Below, in pieces: positions 13,201-27,100 of a stretch of DNA of 64,000 nt (position 1 is its first letter; each line of letters starts with the position of its first letter). Location: positions 40,300,001 through 40,364,000 of the forward strand of contig OZ320316.1 in assembly GCA_976226885.1 (NCBI GenBank), written 5' to 3'. The position numbers and the translations under genes are program-made. The DNA comes from Iphione sp. A-MEVVRFRX5. Its lineage: Eukaryota. The notes below the pieces were generated by a model that saw nothing but the letters and a program-made list of their open reading frames with translations, made no database searches and had not been told where the DNA came from.

Positions 13201-16200
13201 AGTTTTTCATTACAGCCCAGCATTGATATAGATACGTTCGGAATGTAGCGGTATCACCTGATATACCAGCGGCGCAGGTAGGAGCCGGGTTGACACGCTG
13301 AGGTTAGGAGGAGGGGAAAAAAAGGCTCGCGACTTGTCACTTGTCAAGGTACATTGGAGGACTTCGCAGCAGTGAAGGCACCCTCGGTGACAGATGTCCA
13401 TTGTGAGATGACCTGATGGAGGTGTGTCTGGCAGACCCTGGGTGTGGAATGTAGTATGCAGACGTGGCTCTGCTATCAGGCCCAGTGAAAGGTGAGAGAG
13501 ACAAACTGACCACGTTACGGCCAGATGCCCGCCCGCTCCTGCTGGATCTCGGTTAATGCAACTAGAAGGGGCGTCTTCCCTCTGTGTTTATCGCCACATC
13601 TTTGATGCGGTATCAGTCGACCGACACGTACTCCTTCGTGCTTCTCGATCACTCAGGCCCCTTGAGTTACACCCATTACTCGTGTTTTAAATGACGACTC
13701 GTAGACAGCGACGCTCTGGCGCCTAGCTCGGTATCAGACGCTGATGAGAGGGATCCGTGTGTATAGACACAACACACACGCACAGATACACACTCATTCA
13801 CTCACAGTCTTCGGAGCACGGAGCGAGTTATCTGGCCGAGGGAGTGTGCCCAAGGATCACTTGGTAGAGATTGATCAGCATTCCAGGAGGACCGCCTGCA
13901 GTGATGAAAGGTCGCGTTGATCACTCGCCGTTCACACCTGGATTAAGACGGACTGGAGGACTCTACGCGTAATACACCCTAGAAGTTGCGGACCTCACCT
14001 GTCACCTGTGCTCCCCGCGGGAAACTTTGACCGTATTTCTTGAGTACCAACCATACGTCTGAGACCAGAAGGACATTTTCTTTTTACTAATAATACCTCT
14101 GTTACATCATAGGACCAATATTACCTGCACACAGACTTGATGTATAGAGAGAAGACTGAAGGTATTGAATGTTGGATTGGCAAAGCTTAAATCACCACAT
14201 CCTGTGTTGTGATTGATCATTGTGATATATACTTATCCTTTTGGAATTTAGTATAGCAGTGTCGAATGTGTATGCGAATGAGTCACGCTCCGTGATTAAA
14301 TAGTCAGGTGAAAGTTCCCGGAGATTAATTGCATCTGGCTTACTGGTTTCTATGGGATTGGTGTGTGTATATATACTTGGCGGCGCAGTTGAGACCGTCG
14401 TACCCATTCATTGAGTGAGTGTAAGCGTCTTTCTTGGCGGAGCTGCAAAGAGGGAACTCTTCTATGGGCTGTGGGGCGTGGACGGAATGCCCCCAGTGAT
14501 CAAGGATGTGGTCTGCCCCTAATGACGCTAATCCATCTCCCGCCAGAGGGAGTCGCAGACGCCCACAATCAGTCCTCCCACTCTTTACATACAGACAATA
14601 CGGACCTAAATCTACCGTCTGTCGCTGATTGGAAACATCAACAGTTTGTTTTTCCATCGTCTGGAAGACATTCAGAGACCACATACATAGTGTACACGGG
14701 GCGCATCCCTCCGACGTCCATTGTGCTGGTGGTTGGGCAGTGAAGGAGACCAGGCCGTAATAATGGGGGCGGGTTGCTCCCGCTGTTGTCACCGCCCCCC
14801 TACAGACGATCAGGAAAGGTGAGTACCCTCTCGAAAGTGTGATTGAAGAAATGATTGAAAACCAACACTTGAGAGCTGATAGGGTCCGACAACTGCCTGA
14901 TTCAGCAAGCCGCGCATGTCCGGCGTGTATGTTGGACACCGTTGGAAATAGGGGGAAACGAAAAGTGTGCCTAGCCGATAATGCAGTACGAATCCCAGTC
15001 TTATCTGATCCGCAATTATTGATCGATGTAAGGTTGGAATACTATCTCACCGTATCCCCCTGTGAATCATGTCAGAGTTTCATCGGCAGCCACTTCCCTG
15101 TAGAACAGGGCCACCGAGCAGCATACAATGTGCTCGACTTGACACGGAGCGAGGAGCCTAACCTTGTGGGGGGGGGGGGGCGGGATTGCCCGTGGATTCT
15201 CAAGTCTGGTAAAATGCACCATGCTGTTTGCCTGGGTAGGGGGATCGGCCGTATTGGCAGAAAAATGATCAGTGCGTTATTCTGCATTATTTTTTCACCA
15301 ACAGATCATTATACAGTATCTTGTAAATCTTAGGCGATGATATCATATTTTAGCTTGTGGAAAAACACGTCGATGTCACTGACTCTCCACGAACCTAAAC
15401 AAAAAGAGACGGATCGATAGATATGACTGATGTCTCTCACCTATGTCAGCAGATGCTAATAGACTAGGAAGGCAAGGGTGGCATATTTATAATGTGTAGG
15501 TATCATATCTACTTATCATACATGTGCGATTGTCTGTCTCCTTGTATCGCTATCATGGTCGTGAATAGATCAGCACGGTTGCACTGTATAGTAATGGTTT
15601 ATTCGTTCCTCTGTAAACACACCTACCAACCTGGCATTGTCTGTTTATCTGTCTGTGCATGACCGTTTTTATTCGTCACTCTGTCTCTACTCCTAATTCG
15701 GTCTTTCTCAGAGAACTGGGTTAATTCATTACAGTGCGTGGTTCGCGAGCTGTCATATAAGAGCATCTTAATTAGTAGTGTGTACCTTTCATCAAGAAGT
15801 CAGGATGTGATACGAATACAAACAAGTGCCAATCATCATCAGTAATAGCCGTTCACCAACTCAGTTTTAAAACTATGTGGACATAGACATGGTTTATGAG
15901 GTACCAGCACGTCTCGGTTAGAACGTCTGATGATGACCTTAAGCTACGGACTCCTCTTCTCTTTGATTGTCTGCTCTTTGCAATTTTCCGCCATTTTCCA
16001 TGGCCAGACCTCCCTTTTCCTTCTGACCATATGCTCGTCAGCTCTGGCGTTCTCGTGTGGCGTTGCGTCGCTCGAGTTTCCCTCCTTCAGTCTAGGTAAT
16101 CATGTGACTGGGTAGAGAGCCCAGCAGGCGTCTCCGGCGGAGAGTGTGTGAAGTAGTATATGATTTTCAGGCCCTGCAGGCGTGCCCTCCAGCCGCTCCC

Positions 16201-18847
16201 GCCACCTCCAGACCCTGCTTGGCCCTAGGGCCATTGGCCCCCTTTGATATCTCAGGAAAATCGGCGGGATGTTTGATTCGATTTAAGCCATTCAATCAAG
16301 CCTATTAACATTAAAAGCTGCTTCTGTAGTCAGTTTCAAATGTGGGCCACACTCACTGTTTGCTTTGTACCTTTTTTTTCCTTCTTTCTATCACGCCTAA
16401 ACACATGGATAAACTAAACGTAGGGAAACTTTCTCTTCATGTCTTTTGTACGGTCTCATGCGTTTCTTTTCAGAAACTGGCATCAAAGTGTCATGTTTGG
16501 TAATTTACCACCAAACCTTGTGTGAATTGAAAAAGGCTTCACACATCTACGCGAACATATCGAGCAGAGGTATGATATTTACTGCCTGGTGTGATCTACA
16601 CCGAACATAGGGGCTAAAGTACTTACTGTCAAAACTGTTGGTTTGAAATAACCAGAAACCCTTTGACATACTGAGTTTGAAACAGTCGAAACTTTCATTC
16701 CTTTGATAAAGTCATCTCTCTTCATTCAGTCAGCGCTAACGAGGTTTAGATTATAAGGTAGTGGACGTGTGTACCTTATCCATCCATGTTTTCGCGTTGA
16801 GGCTTGACATTTTTAAACCAGTACACATGTTTACTTAGTCTAAACACACTAGTTCTTTATCTGCCCACATTTACATACTGCCCAAATTGCTTCAGTCAGT
16901 TTCTATATCTGACCATCAGAGGTGTTCAATCACCATTACAAACAGTCATCTGTGCAATCATACCTTGTGTTATCCAGAGTTCCTGTCATTTCCTAGCCAA
17001 GACTGCCTCACTTTACCAGGCATTATTAGGGACTTCTAAGCAGAGTACAAGCACACTAGACACCTACTGTGAAGTGCTTTGTTGGGATTGATGGTATTTC
17101 CAAGGAAGCTTTACTTGAAATGAGAAGAGGCTACATTTTTATGGTGGTGACATTTTCTTACGAGCATCGTCCTCGTCGCACTCATGCCATCACACCTCTG
17201 CTCGGGGGACCATGAAATAGTCGGCGGTGGTAAGGCTTGCGGGGTGTCGGAGGTGAGAGGTCAGGGCTGACTCCTCAGGTACCAATTGGTCAGTTTCGCT
17301 GCCATTTTCATTCCGGGCATTCTTGGTAAGGGGAACCTGTGAAGACGGTCGTCTAGTTACCTCATCCTGGCGCCACCGTTTTACGACCGCCAGGCTCTGC
17401 CGCCTGTATTTATAGGCAGCCCACAACAGAGTGCTAATTTGGAGCTCTTGCATGATACAATAGCCTGGGCGAGCAGGAGTAGCATTGCCACATAGGCATC
17501 ATGCATGTAGCTAGGGAGATGTAGGTACGTGTTAATATGAACAAAGCGCAACAGTGGTCGTTTATGGCTTATGCATAGGTCATCGGTACATGCTGGAATA
17601 ACTCGATGTACAATACCTCTTCATATGTACTGGTATTTTATAGTTGTGTCTGTACGTCTATCTGCCTGTCTGTGTCTGTGCGTGCGTGATGATCCGGTCA
17701 TATCGGACGTGAGTGCATGCAGAAAATCTTCAACTTACCCCGATCAGCCGTCCGCCTTGACAAATGTTGAGAAGCTGAGCAGGAACTAGAGCGTGATTGT
17801 CTTTTATAAGAAAGGCCAGAAGTTAGGAAAAAATACGGTTAAACAGTGAATCATTGTGTTAAGAGTCAGGGCTTTTTCATTGACGTAAGAGAGTTATTAG
17901 CAAGACGGATCATCTTTGGGTGTCTTCTCGTCTCAACTTCACGTCTGCCAAAAGAGCATAGGCCACAGCACGGTTGACTAAACCCACTTTAACACATGGA
18001 TGAACACCACGTAAAGGGGCGAAAGGATCTGTCATGTACATGTGCTATATTTAAGGTGGTTTAAAGTGTATGAAGCAAGGCCTCTGACATCTCCGGTGTG
18101 ATCCTTCTTTTGCCAACAAAAAAAGGCATGTATGCAGTGGAATGTAATGTGTAGGCAGCTTGTCTTGGCTATTTCATGTGTGTCCAAGTAACCTTTCCAT
18201 TGATATTCATCGTAAGTGATGCGTTAAAAAAATGATGTCAGTACCTGTGTTTGAACATTTTGTCAAATACATGTACTCGCAACAGGTGTCTTCATGGCCA
18301 GCCAGACATTAAACTTTGAATATCCAAATAACTAGCTTTGTCATTGGCTTTGATAAAAAGCCAGTAGATCCACCAGATTGTTAGGACTTCTGTTACAGGC
18401 CTGTAACACACACTGCCCTGTATCGGCCTTCATGAGTGTGGTGCACTGATCTCATATCATTGATTACGCCACCTCAGTATTGGTAGAAGCCGAAGGCCTG
18501 GGGGTCTGATCTGTCATCGGTGTAAGGCGGCTTTTTGATTTACACAATTTGTTTGATTGATGTCCGCTGTCTTACGAAATTCCTGTAGCAGGCTGCACGA
18601 CGATTTACCATGTACAGGAAAATAGTACAACAGACACAGCGACCCATAGCAACCAGACTAAGAACTTCAGTAGTTGATAGTAACCTTCCAGCTTCCGTTG
18701 ACAACCAGTCGGGGTTAGGCATATGCAGCCGTAAGCGTAATGAGCGGATACATGGAAAGCTGCTTTTTCCATGTTTTGAGTTTGAGCTAAGCAAAAAAAT
18801 GGTTAAATTGTTCACTGAAAAGCCGCCTTGATGTTTGGAGTCCGACT

Positions 18848-19020
18848 TAATGTATGGTGAAAATTGTTGCCGAAATTGAAGATGAACTTGATCTGATTTT
18901 ACTGGAAGGGATGCTACAATATATCAGCTATGTGTACTCGGTGTGTTGTCCAGTTGCTCAGGCAGAGTATCCTGTTAGGACCTCGCAGGGTACCCCACTG
19001 GTTCTTGTGAATGTTCAGTT
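18848..19020 (-). mobile_element. Possible heavily decayed Penelope-like (PLE) RT remnant
   Basis: One minus frame reads IHKNQWGTLRGP...HIADIL*HPFQ*NQIKFIFNFGNNFHHTL. This resembles the PLE RT succession IHGTAMGTKMAP...YIDDIF...LKEFI..LNSFH.TIKF, with stops and a deletion. The minus strand is A/C-skewed. Alignment by eye only. Confidence 0.35.
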
Positions 19021-21419
19021 GAAAAATTGCTTGGAGTGACCTGTTGATATCGGATATTCTAGAGAAGGGTGTTGATGGATGTTGGTCCTTGTGTGCTATT
19101 TGTAGGCCGTAGTGATTGTGTGTTGCAGAAGGCTGTAGTTGTTCTCAGGCTGTTCGAGGCTTTGGTGAACTTGGGTTAAACATCGTTCAGTTGTTCCACA
19201 ACCTTGTTTGATGGGTGTTGGGGCTACTGTCCAAACACCAGAAAATCTAAGAATTGTGTGTCAAGTAACTTTTGAACTGGCGTATGAATAATGAAGAAAT
19301 TTCTATACATGTATATTCCTTGCTTCTCATTGGTTTCGTGCTGAAAATTGATCATGGTGAAAATCTTGACTAACTTTACCTATTACTCTTTAGTTGACAA
19401 TCAAGTCCGTGCAGTAATGGATTACCATAGCTCAGTGATCTTTCAATTACATGTATGTTCAGATGGGATAACACAATTTGCTCCAGTCTTCATGTTATCT
19501 ACACGCTGAATCATAACTGTGAGTTATGCATGGGATGAACGTGAAGTTGTGGATAATTTGCTTAATCAGTGAGAATATAGTTAACCGTGCAGGTTTCCTC
19601 GGGTAAGTCCCATGATAAGCGGGAAGGAAATGGTATTACATCGGCATATTTTCCCTTTTTTCTTTGCCGATTCATGGCTGTACGGCTGATATGTGATACA
19701 ACGTTTGCATGACAAGCCTGGGAGATTTAAAGGCATGCGAAACACCCCATAGGTAGGCTGTAACAGTGTTATACGACTAGACTATGTGGGTCATTGCTTG
19801 ATATCCCCCATTATATTTTCCTGCGTTTAAACGATGGTGTGTCAATGACCCGAGGTTGTTCATATAAAATAGATAAATGTAAGCGTCGGCATACCACTTT
19901 AGATAGTGAAGGGAGCAGGAAGTAAACATCAGTCAAATTGGCATACACTCAGATTAGTGCATTGCTAACTAAATCTGTTGATGATAATTTTCACGTCTCA
20001 GTAACTTTGTAATAACTGCAGTCTAACATCGTGCTGATTTAAACCTTAACTGAAATCGGTAGGCGTCCTTCCAGAATTCTCTTAGAGTGCATCCCACTCC
20101 GTGGGAGGTAGGCTGTAAGTTTCGTTCTTCTTTTACGTCCCGTTAGTGAATTTATAGCTCATTTTTATCCTTTGTGCCCCAGAGTCTGAAACGTGATTGA
20201 TGCCCAGGTATATAGTCTTGTCTAGACAGGACAAAAATGTCATTTTGAAGCATTTGGTGAGTTAAGTGGGATTCGTGAAAAAGAAAATAAAAGTGATGAA
20301 ATAATGATTTAAGTCTTGAAAGCCGAAAATGTCATCACTGCACATCAAGAGTGGTCTCCTCTAGTGCTTAACGTCCGTCCATGATGGTACGTGGGATGAA
20401 TAACTATATTGTAGTTTACTGACATTTGGACTTTGTCTGATATATTTATTTAGACTTATCAAAGTCATTCTCTAGCGACCAAGCCACTGGTTTTCAATCT
20501 GAAGGCTGTGACCAGGCTCATGTCCTAACGTAGAAATTTACATATGAAACCGTTGCTGAAAGTATAAGAATCATTCATCACACATCTGCTGTTTGAAAGT
20601 GATAGCCACATGACAAGTTGTAGGAAGGTGAATACACCGTGTACGGAAAACTAAAAACTCAAATGCCGGAAAAGACTGTGATTCGTGTCAGAGGTAATAT
20701 AACAGCGAGTTTAACCTTCGCTGTAAATGCTGCAGATTTTACACACTTCCTGTGTTCATAGCCATGTAATTCATAATGGTGGTATAATTTCCAATGACAT
20801 TGTGAGAAATGTCTTTGAAATCGCGGAAAGCTGCAGGAAATAAGATACTGATTGCCGACTGCGTTTCAGGGAAAATATGAGGAATACGTTGTTAAGGCAT
20901 AGGATTGCAGGTGTTGCCGTGTTGTTGTAACTATCGGTTATCTTTAGGTTAGAGGTCAACCTGCAGGTCTGAAGATTGGAGTAATAACGATTTGCTGGTA
21001 TTTATGGTAATGTATTTCGTGTAGTGTTAATGTTAATTCATTTCAGTTATGATCCATATCCCACCAGGTCGACGAATCTCCCAGAAGGTCATTTTGTGAG
21101 TGTTGCAATAGTCTTAAAACTAGAATGATAGGAAATCTTTCGCCCCCACTTTAAAATGTTGGTATTTCACCTTTTACCATCAGACTTCGATCTGCCCTGA
21201 TGAAATAATAACTACCTGCCTTTTGGTGGAGTAGCGACTTGACGAATAGATAGTAATAATTCATAGCGTTGCCCATGTATTCAGAGGGGAAGCTTACAGT
21301 GACGTTAGATGGTGGAGATGGCCGGTGACCAGGCCCTCCCGGTTATCTGTCTGTGTGTGGGAGGGGGGGGGGGGTGAAATGTGTACATAGTGGACATAGT
21401 TCAGCAAATCTTCGATGCT

Positions 21420-21860
21420 TTGTCAGTTGACAGGAATTTATCTATCTTTATGAAGTCTTGAAATGTCACTCGGTGTTCAAAGTGTTTGGGGTTGTAGATG
21501 TCCATTCTGTATATGATAGATGTTGTCTCTAGACAAATCACACAGACGTTTACTTCGCATCTCGGCAGACTGATGAACTACGGCTGAGGCAAAGATGGTG
21601 CTTGTAGAACCTTTGTTCAGTTTTGTGTAGAGGTTTAATACCAGCGGTGCAGCCAATTATGTTCAGTGAAAAAAATCCCTCAGAATTCCACATTTGTTGG
21701 ACCATATGGTAGGGGTGTGGTCAGATACTGCTGTATTTAAAGAAGTGCCGATCAAGTTGAAGAATTACCAGCATGGCTGATAGGGACATCTACATCCATT
21801 CCTGTTAACCATTTTGAAGATAACACTTGTCGCCAAAGAAATGGGTGGTTTCAAATTTCC
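21420..21860 (-). mobile_element. Possible second decayed Penelope-like RT remnant
   Basis: The minus strand gives TTHFFGDKCYLQNG (cf. NYFEFNGKFYLQ.HG). Frameshifted remnants follow in the expected order: TGM(G)...MS, QLDRHF, PY.W, LETT...MDIYNPK, KIC. Alignment by eye only. Confidence 0.35.
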
Positions 21861-24059
21861 AAACCGATCCATCGAAAGTGTGAGCACAACTTGTAGTTTT
21901 TTTTCTTTGTAGAATATCAATGGCACATGTACTTGTTAGGACATGTGCTTTGAATTCGGTGGTATAAATTAAATACCGGCAGCATGAAAAGGAAGCAAAA
22001 AATGCACGTGAATTACTGCTGCATTGAATAAAGTAACCACAGCCAGGGCAGAGGGCTGCGTCTCCTATATACTATACAGTCTGTATAGATGTATATTAGG
22101 GCAGGTAGGGCGGAAACGCATCAGGAAACCGTAAGTACATGTGCCTCTGGTCTTAATATAGCACAGATGTCGCCTGTAAAAGCCGAATCGTGTTGTCTAG
22201 ACAGTTCATGCCCCGAGAATGGTGTATGAATCGATTCTGCTCTGAAGCGATGCGGATCGTTTCACCAAAGAACAAGCAGACCGAAATATAATTCATAGTG
22301 CCTTGAAGCATAAACCAATCTTCCCTCGCCCGCCTTGGTCTTTTTTGCCCACAAGAAAGCAAAACAATGCAGGAAGTTTCTGTGACCATGCGTTGACTCA
22401 TTTCCTGCTTATATCAAAAGTAGTTACCCTTGTTACCCTTTCTTTGACGGTATATATTTAGAAAAATCAGTGTTTTCTAACTGGACATGTTTCCTAGCTT
22501 TACTTAGTGCTTTACTTGAACATCATGGGAAATGTTTTCAGATACCCAATGATCGTGTGGTATTCTCAGTAGGCATACTTGTAAATACTAGTTAATGATA
22601 ATGTATCCAAGTCTATTCTGGTTATATTCATTTGTAAATACCCTAGTATCCGGTAATCCTCATATCCAAACAGGGAACTTCAGGGTCATGCAATGTCTTA
22701 GATCAAGTAAAACGCGTAGCAGAGATAAAAGTATCAGTTGTGAGCAGAACAGCAGGACACTCCTCAGAGTAGAGGTGAGAGGTAGGTGTTTAGCAGAGAG
22801 CGTGACTGGGCCTCTATCCCCTCTTTCAGTGTACCATGTACCAGCAGGGCTGTTGATTGACCAGCTTGTAATCCAGTGTGGTGCTAGTCCTCAGATACTG
22901 GCTTGGGGGCTAGTTACTCAAGGACACATATGTTGTGCACAATTCTGAAGACTTCCCTAGGTCTGGGGAACCTAGGTTGAAGCACCATTTTTGTATAGCC
23001 AGACACTGGTGGTCGCCCCAACCAATGTAACCTGGTGTGGGGGGTGAGTGACATGGCACCACAAGAACCTGTGATGGCTGTTTGTACACCCACTCACATG
23101 ATGCTCACTGACACCTGTCAATCATTGTTATGCCTTCGCAGCCACTTCAAGGATTGGCCACTGTGATTACCCTGGCCCCACGTAAAATATAGCTGGGTTA
23201 GGGGGCCTGAATAGGCATCAGTTGTGAGTGCCTTCAGTTTGAGATCAAGCCAGTGACAACACCGTCTGTGCTAAGACTGATTGTGAACTATTTCTACATT
23301 ATACTGGAAGCAGAAGCAAGTCAGAATTGGGCTGCCTCACCAGTGAAGCCCCAAGGTCATCAATACCTCAAACCACATGTCTACATCTATGCAGAGCAGG
23401 GTACCTTGACTACGAGTCCCGAGAAAGTTTTGTGGTTTTTGTCCTGATCTTTTGTGGAATAAATATTTATAAACCCCTGAATAGGCGTGTTGTGCTCTCT
23501 CGTGTCCGTCTTTGCTCCGAAATGCCTAGAAAGAAAGCTCATAGAGGACCAAAAGGAAAAGGTATTGTGGAGAGTGGATATCCTTAAAAGGTTTAAAGGC
23601 CTTGTTCCAAAAACATGTACCGAAGAATCAATTTCCTGACTCGTCGATATTAGATGTTGGATGTAAACAGTCGTCTCCAACCTGTTCTTTTGTATGGTTT
23701 GTTAAAGCTTTCAATTTGATAATAGCGGAGCAAAAGCGAATTTTGCATGTCTGTGCACTGATGGGCCGACGACTTTCGTCACAGTGCACTGTGCAACCTA
23801 TGCGAAGTGTTCTGTCCTCTTCACAGTACTCTACGAAGCTGTTTGAATTGTAAATGTACTCGTCAGTCAAATGCACATGTCCCAGTTACGTCAAATGCAC
23901 ATGCATCAACCAATATATATTTGGAGTAACAAAATATTGGTTTCAGGTTGACTGCTTTGTGACGGAAAAGCATTTCAGATTTATCTTATGTACGTACCTA
24001 CGTATGTGTGCACATATGTTTGTTTGTTTCTGCCTTTTATGAGTACATGTATTATCTTT

Positions 24060-24135
24060 CACGGATGGATGGATCGTTCACGGATGGATGGATCGATGAT
24101 GGATTGTTATATGGATACATAAGTGGATGTATAGA
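24060..24135. repeat. (GATG)n-type microsatellite with a 17-bp duplicated unit
   Basis: CACGGATGGATGGATCG at 24060 and 24079, followed by degenerate GATG/GGAT units. Confidence 0.7.
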
Positions 24136-27100
24136 TGCACATCTCTTTATTAATACTCGATGCACAAGTGTCACCTCAAAAATTGTTAGTACGGAAAAGA
24201 ACACCAAAATAAATTTGTATGTTCATGTTAACCATAACCTTCACTTTGAGTCAAAGTATAGATTTTTAACGGTTTTATTTCTTATCTTGTAGTTCACCAG
24301 AGACGATTAATGCTTTTTAGGTGTACGTTAAGTACACTGAAAATGGAACTTGACATAGCATACCCGATATTCTCGTTGCATAGCTTGGAAACTTTCCAGA
24401 TGGTGTCACTAAAGAAGCGATTGAAATGTAGTTCGAAATAATTGCAGTGCAAAAAGGTTACCATGGATCTGGCTCTTTTCTTTATGTGGTACTGATGGTA
24501 AATTATGTCATATACCAGCTCATATTGTTTGAGTAATTCCCGAAAAAAGCTTCTTTTGCAGTAAGTTCAACCATGCAGTAGGTGTAAATAAAAAGTTTAT
24601 ATGCGCACCACATGCATGTACGCGTACATATTATTAGATGATGTATAGGTAAAGGTGAAAGTGAATAAATTGAAGTAGTTACCCTCTGCTGACATATACA
24701 TGTGTAATACCCCAATACTATGTTTAATGCTTTATATCATATTACATCATTGTGCAAGAAAACAGATACAAAGACCAGTCATTATAAGTCCAGTAATATA
24801 TTCCGATGGCGTCCAATGTTAAAAGTGAGGATTGGTGTCTCGACAGAGGGCTGATCTCCCTCCTCCTACCTCGACCATGTGTTGACAGTGTCGCTTGTGG
24901 GCAGAGGACATATTGTTGGCCCACGTCTCCTGGCGAACTGCGCAATCGCATGGGCGATTCTGTAAGTTTTGTGAGCTCATGAAAGCCCGAGGTCTACCAC
25001 AGTTTATTGTTTTGGTTTTGCTATAGAATTTCAATGTAAGGATCATGTTTGCCTTTATGTTTTGTACGGGTTTATAGTTGTGATTTCAATAATGCGCTTT
25101 TCTAGATGCACCGGAGGCAGACAATACCATAGGCTGAAACATTCTTAAACTCTCGCTTTTGTGGTTTGTGTGCATACAAACACAGACCTCTTATTTTTAC
25201 TCCGTGAATTTAAAAACATCATACAATGCTAGTGAATAGTTCATGTTTAGTTTGGATTTCCTTCGGACACGCCTTGGAATATAGGTGGGACATGCAGTGT
25301 AGATATATCGAAAATCTTGCACATTCGCTCCTCTCAACGGTATATCGTGATTCTTTTTAGTAGTTCTTTTTTCATTCTCTGGGGGGAGGTAAGAATACAG
25401 GAAGGCACTCTAGCAAATATCCACAGGGCTTTTCAGGAGCGGCCCACTGTGTATATGTACACGATGGAGTTGGCCGAACGGCAGCTACAGCAGGAAAGGT
25501 CTTACCTCCCTCGACATACACATACAAACCGTTTTACCGACCGCCTTCGGCTGAGGTGCATCTGACATTAGTGGTCTCTCCAAATCTGGGCCTCTCCCCC
25601 GCTCTTCATCCTACTCGCGGTCTTGCATTCAATAAGTTCCCCCTCCCAAGCATCATACCACCCCACAACACCAGTGCATACACCTCAGGTGCTGACCATT
25701 CCAGTCACATACCTCATAGATATATGTAGGAGGCGGATGGTTGGAATAGTAGTTTGCTTCAGCGTGTTGATTCTTTTAAATGTGAGCTGGGATTAAGCAA
25801 CAACCGTAGATTGTGTTAGTAATACACATTTGAAGCCGTTTTCTTCGCCTAGATTGTTTTTGTCTTCACTTTGTGAAATGCTGCCGAGGATATCACCCAG
25901 CACTAAAACGATACATGTATTTTACTTTTGATTGTATGTTGTTTCAGTGTATCTATACATGTGCAGTCGTGTGGTTAAATTCCTTTTAACACAGCACGCT
26001 TCTTCACAAGTGATATTTTGCCAAATATATTACAGAGTTTATGGGTTACTGTCTCTAACCAAGCTGCTTCGTTATAATGCTTGCAGGATTCCTTGTAAAC
26101 ACTGATATTTCACCATGGACCTAAGAAGGTCTTTCAGGTAGGTCACCGTAGATTCGCTAAGGTCGATATTGTGATGTGTACGATCGTAAACTTCGTCACT
26201 CTGTTTGTTCTCATATGCTTACACCTTTTATTACAGCTTTATAATAATCTCATTTCATTTTAATTACCTTGTTTTGATTTTCGTATTTACGCAGACATTC
26301 ATTTATTTTCTCTTATTTATATTTCAGTGCTTAATGCTTCGGTTGTAACCATACTTATAGTACTCTTTTTGTATTCTTTGTGATAGAGTGACATTAGAGG
26401 TTGATAGGAATAGTAGTCATTTTGGGAAACCATGTATAGTAGTTTATAGATGTTGCTTGTTCGTTTTTTTCCCTTTTAAGTAGACCATTCACTATCCTCT
26501 GTGATAGACTGGAATATAAATAGTATTTTCTAAGCTACTGTACGTAAAAATGGTGAGATTTTTGCTAGTAGAAAAGGGCAAATAGTAACACTAGTAAGAC
26601 CCATGCCAATGTAAACTAGGATGAATAAAAAACTGTCATTACATGACATATTTCGAAACTTCACTTTGTATAATATTGAAAGAGTGTGTCAGCGCAACCG
26701 CTAAGGCATATTGCCGTGTATTGTCCCTTCCAGTGTCCCCTGGGGTTCTTTTTAACAATGATACTCCCCGGCGTCCAGACTACACGGAAGCCTCCGGTTG
26801 TTTTGAGGCTGGGGATAATAGTAGAGTGACCGGGGTCACCTCTCCGCCGCGGCTCCCGGGCTTTGACTCTGGGGTAAAACATCGATACGCCTTGGGCTTT
26901 AACGGAGGATTTTTGATTTAATGTCCTTTCTGAGGCGAGGGAGGCGTTTCCCTGGCCAGCGGTGGTCGTGACGAGAGAGGTGAGCTTGGGGCTCCCTGGA
27001 TATTTGGGCTGTTGGCCTGTCGGGTTGTCGACTGGGTTTCCCTAGTTGTGGTGAACAACCAGAGAAACACACAGAGAGGAGGGATAGGCGGGGCCCCTGT

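Noticed and set aside
14340-14939. 199-aa minus ORF
   Set aside because: No domain, no codon bias and overlapping ORFs on the other strand; treated as chance.
18136-18160. TGGAATGTAATG resembling the 5' part of miR-1
   Set aside because: The match stops after about 12 nt and there is no precursor hairpin.
18391-18408. Perfect 18-bp palindrome TGTTACAGGCCTGTAACA
   Set aside because: One such palindrome is within chance expectation for 64 kb, and there is no supporting context.
18854-19039. + ORF containing AEIEDELDLI, similar to DAAM AELVDELDLT
   Set aside because: It lies 32 kb upstream of exon 1 (wrong order), has no splice signals, lacks the following KKWQIYC motif, and is the antisense of the putative PLE remnant.
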